Positions 1-11,252 of a stretch of DNA of 62,857 nt are shown in pieces. The notes under the pieces are model-generated. The model had not been told where the DNA came from. It did not search any database and worked only from the letters and a program-made list of their open reading frames with translations. The stretch's first letter is position 1. Every line of letters begins with the position of its first letter. Origin of the DNA: Chiloscyllium plagiosum (taxonomy: Eukaryota). A program made the position numbers and the translations under genes. The DNA lies in NCBI RefSeq assembly GCF_004010195.1, contig NC_057719.1:22585342-22648198 (forward strand). The letters are read 5' to 3'.

Positions 1-134
1 CCTTCTTCAGGAAGAAGGGCTTATGCCCGAAACGTCGATTCTCCTGTTCCCTGGATGCTGCCTGACCTGCTGCACTTTTCCAGCAACACATTTTCAGCTC
101 TGATCTCCAGCATCTGCAGATCTCACTTTCTCCT
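1..134 (+). mobile_element. Penelope-like element terminal (pLTR) fragment
   Basis: Near-identical to the reverse complement of 33243-33370, which terminates the GIY-YIG-bearing Penelope piece. Contains GAAGAAGGGCTTATGCCCGAAACGTCG. Confidence 0.75.
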
Positions 135-135
135 A

Positions 136-1575
136 TCTCAGCAAGAGGCCCAGCAATCACTTCTCTAGCTTCCCACAGAGCTCTCGGGTACACCTGATCA
201 GGTCCTGGGGATTTATCCACCTTTCACCATTTCAAGACATCCAGCACTTCCTCCTCGGTAATCTGGACATTTTGCAAGATGTCACCATCTATTTCCCTAC
301 AGTCTCTATGTTCCATATCCTTTTCCACAGTGAATACTGATGCAAAATATTCATTTAGTATCTCCTCCATTTTCTGTGGCTCCACACAAAGGCCGCCTTG
401 CTGATCTTTGAGGGGCCCTATTCTGTCCCTAGTTACCCTTTTGTCCTTAATATATTTGTAAAAACCCTTTGGATTCTTCTTAATTCTATTTGCCAAAGTT
501 ATCTCATGATTTCCCTCTTAAGTATATTCCTACTTTCTTTATACTCTTCTAAGGATTCACTCGATCTATCGCGTCTATACTGGACATATGCTTCCTTCTT
601 TTTCTTAACCAAACCCTCAATTTCTTTAGTCATCCAGCATTCCCTATACTTACCAGCCTTCCCCATACCTACCAGCCTTCCCTTTCACCCTGACAGGAAT
701 ATACTTTCTCTGGATTCTTGTTATCTCATTTCTGAAGGCTTCCCATTTTCCAGCCTCCCTTTACCTGCGAACATCTGCCTCCAATCAGCTTTCGAAAGCT
801 CTTGCCTAATACCATCAAAATTGGCCTTTCTCCAATTTAGAAATTCAACTTTTAGATCTGGTCCATCCTTTTCCATCACTATTTTAAAACAAATAGAATT
901 GGTACATCCACATACTGAATCAGAAAATTGTCTTGTACACACTTAAGAAATTCCTGTCCATCTAAGCCTTTAACACTTTGGCAGTCTCAGTCGATGTTTG
1001 GAAAGTTAAAATCCCCTACCATAACTACCCTATTATTCTTATAGATGTTGAGATCTCCTTCCAAGTCTGTTTCTCAATTTCCCTTTGACTATTAGGGGGT
1101 CTACAATACAATCCCAATAAGTTGATCATCCATTTCTTATTTCTCAGTTCCACCCAAATAACTTCCCTGGATGTACTTCCAGGAATATCCTCCCTCGGCA
1201 CAGCTGTAATGCTATCTCTTATCAAAAATGCCACACCCCTTCTTCTCTTGTCTCCCTTTCTATCCTTCCTGTAGCATTTATATCCTGGAACATTAAGCTG
1301 CCAGTCCTGCCCATCCCTGAGCCATGTTTCTGTAATTGCTATAATATCCCAGTCCCATGTTCCTAATCATGCCCTGAGTTCATCTGCCTTCCCTGTTAGG
1401 CCCCTTGCATTGAAATCAATGCAGTTTAATTTATTAGTCCTACCATGTCCCTGCCTGCCCTGACTGTTTGACTCGCTTTTGTTCTCAACTGTACCACTCT
1501 CAGATTGATCTCTTTCCTCACTATCTCCCTGGGTCCTACCCCCCAACCTGACTAGTTTAAATCCACCCAAGCAGT
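136..1575 (-). mobile_element. CR1/HER1 LINE fragment (ORF1 end, AP-endonuclease and linker of ORF2), decayed
   Basis: Minus-strand peptides LNCIDFNARGLTGKADELRA, EVIWVELRNKK, NWRKANFDGIRQEL and NPKGFYKYIKDKR are typical of CR1 ORF2. Overlapping part is homologous to 9058-9700. Confidence 0.9.
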
Positions 1576-1617
1576 TCATTGAAACTTAGAGAAAACTGAG
1601 AGGCCTATGTTCATCAG

Positions 1618-1715
1618 TCCTGAGGAAGGGTCACTCAACCTGAAATGTTAACTCTGATTTCTCTCCACAGATACTCCAGACCTACTGAGATTTTCCAGCA
1701 ATTTCTATTTTTGTC
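1618..1715 (+). mobile_element. Short Penelope-type terminal fragment
   Basis: CTGAGGAAGGGTCACTCAACCTGAAATG followed by CCAGACCTACTGAGATTTTCCAGCA, the same layout as the other pLTR-like pieces. Confidence 0.5.
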
Positions 1716-2071
1716 AAGAGCAATAAATGCTGGCCCAGCCAATGACACCCAAATTTCCTGAATGAATAATAAAGACAATGTACAAACGTACGTGACCTAA
1801 CTGGATTCTTTCTTTTGTTTGGATTTTACCCTGAGTCTATGAAGCGCAATTCGGTTTTCTACTGCTTGTCCTGGGACTCATTGCAGCAATTTCTATTTTT
1901 GCCAAGAGCAATAAATGCTGGCCCAGCCAATTACACCCAAATTTCCTGAATGAATAATAAAGACAATGTACAAACGTACATGACCTAACTGGATTCTTTC
2001 TTTTGTTTGGATTTTACCCTGAGTCTATGAAGCGCAATTCGGTTTTCTACTGCTTGTCCTGGGACTCATTG
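1696..2071. repeat. Tandem duplication, 2 x 188 bp
   Basis: 1696-1883 and 1884-2071 both start CAGCAATTTCTATTTTTG and end GGGACTCATTG, with about 3 mismatches by eye. Confidence 0.95.
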
Positions 2072-2841
2072 ATCAATAACAATTCATTCCTTGATCAGTT
2101 GTTATCTGGAAAGTTACCAATCTGCTTTCACTCTTTTAATAAACTTGAGGTTGAGACATGAATGTAGAAGTGAAGATATCTTATTGCAAACAAAATAAGT
2201 ATTTCCAAAGATCATTTCAAATCGTTCATTTCTCCCAATCCTCCTATATCTGGGACCTGTGTAATAAACGGAAGATAGATCACAGGTGAATCTAAACTGA
2301 ACAGGCACTTAACACAATGGTTCATTGAATGTTACCAGTCAGTTGTACTTACATTATTGGTCAGGCATAATTACTGAGGACACTCAGGAGATGTACAGAA
2401 TACATCTGTTCCCTATGAAGACTTGTGTAAAACTATTTGTCTCCACCCCTAGTCTGTGCGCGAAATCATCAGATTGGATGCAGCTAGTACAACTTCAAAA
2501 TAAACTCTTTCAGAATCATTATCTTGTACAATAATGGCCTCCTAAGTTGATTAAACATGTCTTCTTTAAAGATTTTTATTTTGCAATAATGGAGGTTTTC
2601 CTGTACCTTGTTGCTGTTCTGGTGCTGTTTTGCTTTTCACTCTCTGTAGTATTCTCAACTTTCACAGCTATGTTGCGGACCTCAGATAACATTTTTGTAT
2701 TAGAACAGAATTGCTCATTTCTTTAACTTGCTCAATATTCTTAACTGACTGGAATTGTTATTTCCCTCCTCTCTGCTACCAGGTTGTGCAAGTATCTTGT
2801 TGACCTTTTGCGTTCTGTCCCATTTTTACAAACTATGGTAG

Positions 2842-3583
2842 TGTTGTGGGGAAAATCAGCAGCCTCACAGTCAGAGTTGGGGTTCAACGACAGAGTTTAT
2901 TGTACAAGGAAATACTGGGTCTCCGGGGAGAGAAAGACACCAACAGCACAGTGGTCAGCTGCGATTCTTCTCTCAACCCGGAGCACATGTCATGATACTT
3001 TTATACAGTTTGTGATGTAATAGGTCAGTGATGAGGTTATTGTCTCTGTAACATAGTTTGTTTGTTGTGAACATTGCAGAATCGTTGATAGTTTTGTTGC
3101 AGTCATTGTCAGTTTCAGTGCGACCTTTGTTAATTTCAGCATGGTCAATGTCAGTATCAGCGCAGACATTGTCAGTTTCAATGTCTGTACAGAAGTCCAT
3201 TGCTGTAGTAATTATTTGCTAATCACTCTTCCTGAGAAGGACGATTACTGCAGCCCTGGCATTTATCACTTTGTATTGAGTCCGTATCAAACTGTCAGCA
3301 TTTCTTTCAAAGGTGTTGGCTGGACCCAGACACTTCAGCGGGCAGTATACACGCTCATGTGTATTCTCTCCCCCACCCACCTTAAACTGATCAATTAGGT
3401 TGTGAGTGCATGGTGCTGGTATTCTGGTGGACCCGGGACAACAACTGTGTTTGCTCGGCCGTGTTACTCTATATTGTGGTCCAGTGGTCATCTTGCGTGT
3501 CAAGTGGCCAACTTATGGTTCAGTGGCCATCTTGTGTGTCCGTGTGCCTAGTGTCACCCTGCTCTGTGCCAGCTCCCACTTCA
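2842..3583 (-). repeat. ERV 3' LTR (742 bp)
   Basis: Minus strand begins TGAAGTGGGAG and ends CCCCACAACA. TATAAAA at 2999-3005, AATAAA at 2896-2901. Direct repeat of 14503-15156. Confidence 0.95.
3085..3189. repeat. Degenerate 21-bp tandem array (about 5 units) in U3
   Basis: Units TTGATAGTTTTGTTGCAGTCA / TTGTCAGTTTCAGTGCGACCT / TTGTTAATTTCAGCATGGTCA / ATGTCAGTATCAGCGCAGACA / TTGTCAGTTTCAATGTCTGTA. Counterpart in the 5' LTR at about 14746-14850. Confidence 0.8.
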
Positions 3584-3594
3584 CTCCCCCCTTT
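3584..3594 (-). other. Polypurine tract (PPT)
   Basis: Minus-strand AAAGGGGGGAG directly precedes the TG of the 3' LTR. Confidence 0.9.
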
Positions 3595-3639
3595 GTGGTC
3601 AAGGAGGTGATTTCGAAGATTTCCCGCAGACCACCCAAT

Positions 3640-5056
3640 TTAAATATAGAGGTAGGTTATCTCTAGGAGCTCTTCCTCCTGAGGGGTATCATGGAGTGCC
3701 ACTTTTTTGGGGGACTCTTCCGTGGTAACACTCACTGCTGGTATAGTTCTTGTCAGTAGCACCTTACAGCAGAGTTTGAAACACCCAAGGCCCATACAGA
3801 ATACCAGCATGAGTGCAATAAAGAGAACTATCCGGTGTGCAGATAGGGTCCCCAAGATTTACCTATCAACCAATTTAGCCAGCTGTCTGTAATTGTGGCT
3901 CCCTGTTGGAAATTATCTAGCTGGTCTCAGATATTCTTGATGGCTTCTGTGATGTTATAAGAGTCATCAATAAATTAGGTGATACAATTGTCACCAATAA
4001 TTGTACAAACTCCCCCTTGCTGTGCTAATTGATAATCCACCATATAACGTGTCTGCTGAGTTCAACCAGCTCTGCATTAATTGCTTCCAGAGCTTTTGAG
4101 GTATTATTGCCGAAGATAGTCAGGCCACATAAAAGGTAATTTCGGTTTTTAGCATTGATGACCCTTGCTGTGTCCCACAAAGATAGAGATAACAAGAATC
4201 CATATCCCAATGATGACCCCCGAAGTGGTGGGAACCTGCCAGTCAGCACAGAACTCCTGACCAATGGAGCGGGTCACTATCCTTCTCCGAACATGGTACA
4301 GTTAGGGGTGCAATTGTCGCTACGCGGACAGGTTTGGGAGGTCTGGGGGTGTCTGTCACTTAAGTCCTCTTAAATAGAAAAACAAATCAGTAACAGACAT
4401 TGTCCTGTCCTTCCATCTGTCTGTCCACCCATGTCGCTCCTGATGCCCTGGGTGCCCCCTCTCAGCTGGTAAATATCAAACAGGTACATCCATTTGGCAG
4501 AGCTGATGCGGGTGCCAGTGCACTGATCACATATGAATTGTCTGCCATTGGTCACATTTAAGCATGTCTGCTCACTGTAGATGCAGATAAACTGTCCCCT
4601 GGTGACTGTACAGTGCTGATAAGTGCTCTGTCTCTGGATGCATGCGTCATTTTTGGAAACGAGGGCATAAACGCATCCCCATCCCTGCCCTGTAAAACAG
4701 AATGGGTACTTACTGGGTTTTAAATGCGCTTTCCCTTCCCTAGGCTGGGGGTGCTGGCCCCATGGGCTGGTGGTCCTGTTCAGCTGCACACATCTACCTT
4801 GGAGTCTCCGTTTGTAGTTTTCTATCTGCCCCTTACACGGCACTCCCGAGGTGTCTACTGTATACAGGTCGCGAGGGGTCCACATTGGAGTTGCCACAAA
4901 TAGGAATTCCACTGACTGAGCCATTGAGTAGCAGACAGCTTGGTTCCCATGTAGACCGAGGTGGGCTTTATAGGGGAGGTGAGCTTCAAATCCTGACACG
5001 CTCCCGACAGTCGCAGTTTAAAATAAAATTATCAGTCAAAGTCTTTGTTTCGTCAT
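3640..5056 (-). pseudogene. env: ERV envelope (signal peptide, Cys-rich SU, TM), disrupted
   Basis: ATG at 5056 opens a hydrophobic leader with two in-frame stops. SU lies in ORF 4370-4999. Polybasic VRRRIVTR near 4270-4293, heptad region NNTSKALEAINAELVEL, ISD-like QQTRYMVDYQLAQQGGVCTIIGDNCIT and membrane anchor IVLFIALMLVFCMGLGCF. Confidence 0.9.
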
Positions 5057-5099
5057 GAGGGGCAGTCTTGCTTTTGTGTGGTTTGTTCTGTTGTGTTTT

Positions 5100-8000
5100 C
5101 GATACTCCCCCTGGGATGACCATCTTGTCCACACCTGGGGAATGGTCAATGACATTAGTTTGGTCACGGGAGTCTTTAAACGGTTTGAGTTGGGTCCAGT
5201 GCTTCTATGTGCCTTTTCCTTTGATATCTATGCAGGCACAGGTGTGCCCACTTATTACCATGTCATATGGCCCATTCCAGTTTGGGGCAAAACTTGGTTT
5301 GTCGGGCAGTGCTCGCACCAGGACATAGCTTTCTGCTGCTGGGACCTCAGGGAAGATCTTGAGTTTCCCTGCCTTGTCCTTTTTGTCCTGTTTATCAATT
5401 ACAGATTTCCACATCCCTTTCAATTAGGCGCTTAATTATATCACATACCGTTGAATTTTGGCTCTTAGTGGACTCACATTGGTGCCACCTGTGATTATCG
5501 TCTCTGGCAATTGCATTACTCGCCCGGTCATTAATTCATATGGTGTTAGCCTGCTTGCCTAATTTGTGCTGGCTCTTAATTTCAGTAGTATGGCTGGCAG
5601 CACTTCTGCCTCAGGATTGCATAGCCTTAGCTAAAGTATTTTTGAGGGCTCTATTCATTCTGTCTACCATCCTTGAGCTCTGGGGATGATATGGGATGTG
5701 AAATTTGTTGTCTAATGTCGAGTAATTGGCAGACAGCCTTTATAACCTTACTTGTAAAATGCATCCCTTGGTTGGAGTCGATCTGGAGGGCACCCCACAC
5801 CTCAGTATTACCTCCTCCGCTAATATTCTAGCTACAGTGGTCGTAGTGCAGCTTTTAGTCAGGAATGCTTCTACCCACCGGGTGAATTGGTCTATGACGA
5901 CCAGGCAGTACGTTTTCCCATGGGAAGGTGATAATGGCCCTCTGAAATCTATTTGAAGGTATTCCCAGGGCCCCTAGGCCTGGGCTGGTGTGTCACCTAA
6001 CTTTTATGGGTCTCCCTGGGTTATGTTGTGCACAAAACATGCATCTGCAGCAGTACTTGGCCATGTCACTTCCCATTCCCTTCCACCACCACTCTCTCCC
6101 TAGGTTTGTTATCATGGCCTCTCTACCTGTATGGGAGAGCCCGTGGTGCAATTCAAGCAATGTGTTCTGTACACATGCTATTACCTTATCTGCTCGCCTC
6201 CAGACACCTTCCTCCCCTTTGAATGCCCCCTGCAGTTTCCATTGTTCTTTCTCTTCCTGTGGGGTGTCCATCTGTAGCTATTGAATTTGGATAGTGTCTT
6301 TTGCTAATTCATAGGGGCTATTGCAGCCTCGTCAATGGCTTCTTGTTCTAGGGCTTTCTGAGCTGCTCGGTCTACTGCCTGGTTTCCTTTTAATTTTAGC
6401 CAACTTGGACTCTTTTTGCTGGATCCTTTTGATGGGCTTTTATTTTCATTACTGCAGCCTCTTTAGGCTGTTCACTGGCACACAATAGTGCCTGAATTCT
6501 TAATTGGTGTCTGATAGGGGATCCCCCCCGCAGTGATGAACCCTCTTCTACCCCATACCACCATGTCGTCATGGACTACAGCAAAGGCATATTGACTGTC
6601 TGTATATATATTCACGATTTTTCCTTTTGCTAGTTCCAGTGCTTTGGTGAGTGCTACTAGTTCTGCTACCTATGCAGACTGACTTGCATCAATCCTTCCA
6701 GAGATAACTGTTTCTAACTTATCATTTACCACAGTCCATCCTGTTCGGGGCGATTCTGCTACATATTTTTGGGACTTGTCCATGAAGAGAGTCTCCTCGG
6801 CTGTGTCTGTGGGGGGTATCCTTTACTCTCCTCCTACCTTCATCCCCATCTATATCCCCACAGTTGTGCAGTTCCCCTGTGTCTAGAATTCCCTCAGCTG
6901 AGTTTTCTCCCCGATCCCTAACTATTAACACAGACTGATTTGGGGGTAGAAGATCTGCCTCCCATTTTGCCCTTCTCACACTGGAAATGGCCCTCAGTTT
7001 CCCGGTGTTTAGCATCTCTACTAGGGTGTGTTTAGTCTGGAGGATGACATTCCCAATCATTACTATGGGCTTGCTAACCCTAACAGCCCAAGTAACACAG
7101 TCTAAGGCTGCTATGCACCTGCGCAACCCGGTGACTACTGGCCCTTCTGTAGTTGAGTAGTACAAACCTGAGTTACCACTGCAGAGTAAAACCCTCCTTC
7201 ATTGTTACAGTGGATGGGAAAATCCTTGCTGGGATCTGGCAGCCCTAGCCTGGGGCTGATTTGAGTTGAGTTTTAAGCTGACTGTATGCCTCCTCCTGTT
7301 CTGGCCCCCAGGTTACAGGTTCCAAGGTGGGCTTGCCTCCTTTAATTAGTCTCTGGATCAGTTCAGCCAATTTTGCGAACTTAGGTATGAAGCTCCGACT
7401 GTGTTTGAATAGCCCCATGACCTTTCTGACTCCCCAGACAGTGGCAGGTCGTGGCATCTGTTGGATTGCCTTCTTGTAGTCATTGGGCATTTCTTTCAGG
7501 CCCTGGGATATAAGGTGTCCCGGGTATAAAGCTTATGTTTTGCCAATTTGTGCCTTTGTGAGGCTTACTTTTAACCCTGCGGTTTCCAATTCATACAATA
7601 CTGGACATCAAGCTTCCTGGAGTCCTGACTCAGACTCTGAGGCAATTAGGATATCACCTACATATTGGAGGGCAGTGCTACCCTCTGGTAAATCTATTCT
7701 CTTCAGAATGTCACTCATCACCCTGTAAAGAATAATGGGGCTGTTGTGGAACACTTGTGGCAAGTGAATCCACGTATACTGTCCTACCTGTCTCTCACTG
7801 TAAAAACAAATTAATTCCGGGACTTAGGGTGTAATGGGATAGACCAGAAACCGTTGGCTATGTCTGAAAAGTAAAAGTCTTGTGTTCTGGGGCCAAGACC
7901 TTGAAAATTTGCGTCAATGGGGTGCAATTTGGGGGTGATCTAGTTTAGTCCTGTATAATCAATGGTGAGCCTGTAGCTCCCATCAGGCTTTAATATTGGC

Positions 8001-8640
8001 CACGTCGGAGAATTAGTTGTACTTGCAGTTTCTTTCAGGATTCCCTGTTTCACCAATCCTGTCACTATCTCCACAACTGCTTCTTGTGCTTCAGATTTTA
8101 TTGGGTATTGCCGATGGGGTTTATGCTCCGGTCCAAGAATCCTTATCGGGTCTATGTTAACTAGACCTGTATCTAATTTCGTTTCTCTGGGGACAAAGGG
8201 GCAGATGGCTCTGAATCCCCCTTTTCGAGGTTCCCGCTCCTATTGGTGACTGTCGCCACTTTAGTAGTTTCAAGGTGACGAGTAAGATCCCAATCTCGGT
8301 CTTTCGACCGTCCTGTCTGGGCCAAATGTACAATTGATTCCTTTTGCCCCTTGAACAATTGATTAGAACTTTATATTATTTCATGAGATCATTGCCCATT
8401 ATGGTGTCCTCATTATTTTGGCACACATAGAATTTCATGGGGATATGTATATATTGTTCATTTCTATGAGGGCAGTTTCGCTTCGGGAAGCTGGTATTTT
8501 ATCTCCTCCTACCTCAGTTAAGTGAATCATTTTATTTGTGTGTGGTAAAGGTAAGTTTGTGATGGATATACCTGCTCCTGTGTCCACTAACATTTCACAT
8601 TTCCTCCCTCCTATTACTGCGGGCACGTAAATTCTCCCCA
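5100..8640 (-). pseudogene. pol: ERV pro-pol (protease, RT, tether, RNase H, integrase), disrupted
   Basis: PR LVDTGA (8576-8584). RT WPILKPDGSYRLTIDY, DIANGFWSIPL, LPQVFHNSP and LQYVGDILIAS (7653-7664). RH AELVALTKALELAKGKIVNIYTDSQYAF. IN HHGLSH...CMFC, LQIDF, IDQFTRWVEAF and C-terminal WNGPY. Confidence 0.95.
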
Positions 8641-9057
8641 TTCCCTTACTCTCACGAATGGGGCAGCTGGTTGTCAGGTCTGCTGACCTCAGGATTCCCA
8701 CGGTTCCGAGGTGTTCCACGTAGTGTTTGAGGGTGCCCCATGCTTTTCCCAGCATTCTGCTTCTACGTGTGTTGCAGTGGCTGCAGTATTTTACATTGTT
8801 CCCTGCTCTATTCCCTGCTTGTGGGACCCTACTCTCTCTAGCAAAGTGTCCCTGTTGGCCACAGTTATGGCATGATTGTTTTATTCTACTCTCACCTCCA
8901 TTCCAGTAGGCTGTTTTGTCAGGTCTTGCCTTTATCACAGGAGCTTCTATCTCCTGCACCCCGCTAGTCCACTCAACTAGATCATCATCCTGGGACATTA
9001 CTACTCCCATTTTCAGGATGGCTTGGTGGGCACTAGAGAGCCCATTTCTAAAACTAT

Positions 9058-11252
9058 ATCTAAAAGTTGAAGTTCTAAATTGGAAAAGGCCAATTCTGAG
9101 GGTATTAGGCAAGAACTTTCAAAAGCTGATTGGAGGCAGATGTTCGCAGGTAAAGGGATGGCTGGAAAATGGGAAGCCTTCAGAAATGAGATAACAAAAA
9201 TCCAGAGAAAGTATATTCCTGTCAGGGTGAAAGGCAAGGCTGGTAGGTATAGGGAATGCTGGCTGACTAAAGAAATTGAAGGTTTGGTTAAGAAAAAGAA
9301 GGAAGCATGCACAGGACTGTCAGGTATAGACAGGATAGATCGAGTGAACCCTTAGAAGAGTAAAGAGGAAGTAGGAGTATACTTAAGAGGGAAATCAGGA
9401 GGGCAAAAAGGGGACATGAGATAGCTTTGGCAAATAGAGTTAAGCAAAATCCAAAAGGTTTTACAAAACATTAAGGACAAAAGGATAATTAGGGAGAGAA
9501 TAGGGCCCCTAAAAGATCAGCAAGGTGGCCTTTGTGTGGAGCTGCAGAAGATGTGGGAGATACTATTTTGTGTCAGTATTTACTGTGGAAAAGGATATGG
9601 AAGATATAGAAAGTAGTGAAATGGATGGTGACACCTTGCAAAATGTCCATATTACAGAGGAAGAAGTGCTGGATATCTTGAAACGGTTAAAGGTGGATAA
9701 ATCTCCAGGACCTCATCAGATGTACCCAAGAACTCTGTGAGAAGCTAGAGAAGTGATTGCTGGGCCTCTTGCTGAGATATTTGTATCATCGACAGTCACA
9801 TGTGAGGCGCCGGAAGACTGGAGGTTGGCTAACGTGGTGCCACTCTTTAAGAAGGGTGGTAAGGATAAGCCAGGGAACTATAGACTGGTGAGCCTGATGT
9901 CAGTGGTGGGCAAGTTGTTGGAGGGAATCCGGAGGGACAGGATGTACATGTTTTTGGAAAGGCAAGGACTGATTCAGGATAGTCAATATGGCTTTGTGCG
10001 TGGGAAATCATGTCTCACAAACTTGATTGAGTTTTTTGAAGAAGTAACAAAGAGGATTGATGAGGGCAGAGTGGTGGATGTGATCCATATGGACTTCAGT
10101 AAGGCGTTCGACAAGGTTCCCCATGGGAGACTGATTAGCAAGATTAGATCTCACGGAATACAGGGAGAACTTACCATTTGGATACATAACTGGCTCAAAG
10201 GTAGAAGACAGAGGGTGGTGGTGGTGGAGGGTTGTTTTTCAGACTGGAGGCCTGTGACCAGTGGAGTGCCACAAGGATCGGTGCTGGGTCTCTACTTTTT
10301 GTCATTTACATAAATGATTTGGATGTGAGCATAAGAGGTACAGTTAGTAAGTTTGCAAGTGACACCAAAATTGGAGGTGTAGTGGACAGCGATGAAGGTT
10401 ACCTCAGATTACAACAAGATCAGGTGGGCCAATGGGCTGAGAAGTGGCAGATGGAGTTTAATTCAGATAAATGCGAGGTGCTTCATTTTGGGAAAGCAAA
10501 TCTTAGCAGGACTTATACACTTAATGTTAAGATCTTAGACAGCTTTGCTGAACAAAGAGACCTTGGAGTGCAGGTTCATAGCTCCTTGAAAGTGGAGTTG
10601 CAGGTAGATAGGATAGTGAAGAAGGCTTACTTTTATTGGTCAGAGTATTGAGTACAGGAGTTGGGAGGTCATGTTGAGACTGTACAGGACATTGTTTAGG
10701 CCACTGTTGCAATATTGTGTGCAATTCTGGTCTCTTTCCTATCAGAAAGATGTTGTGAAACTTGAAAGGGTTCAGAAAAGATTTACAAGGATGTTGCCAG
10801 GGTTGGAGGATTTGAGCTATGGGGAGAGGCTGAACAGGCTGGGGCTGTTTTCCCTGGAGCGTCAGAGACTGAGGGGTGACCTTATAGAGGTTTATAAAAT
10901 TATCAGGGACATGGATAGGATAAATAGACAAAATCTTTTCCCTGGGGTGGAGGAGTCCAAAACTGAAGGGCATAGATTTAGGGTGAGAGAGGAAAGATAT
11001 AAATGGGACTTAAGGGGGAACTTTTTCACACAGAGGGTGGTACGGGTATGGAATGAGCTGCCAGCGGAAGTGTTGGAGGCTGGTACAATTGCAACATCTT
11101 TTAAAGGCATTTGGATGGGTATATGAATAGGAAGAGTTTGGAAGGATATGGTCGGTAGCTGGCAGATGGGACTAGATTGTGTTGGTATATCTGGTCATGG
11201 ACGGGTTGGACCGAAGGGTCTGTTTCCATGTTGTACATCTGTATGACTCTAT
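9058..11252 (+). mobile_element. 5'-truncated CR1/HER1 LINE inserted antisense into gag
   Basis: RT peptides [38 protein letters not shown] and SKFASDTKIG. Ends in a ...TATGACTCTAT tail. Confidence 0.95.

Noticed and set aside
3085..3189. CRISPR-like periodic repeats
   Set aside because: Contiguous degenerate 21-mers with no spacers, inside a eukaryotic LTR.
8435..9112. 225-aa ORF as an intact gene
   Set aside because: Chimeric frame: antisense CR1, then gag, then protease joined through a frameshifting deletion.
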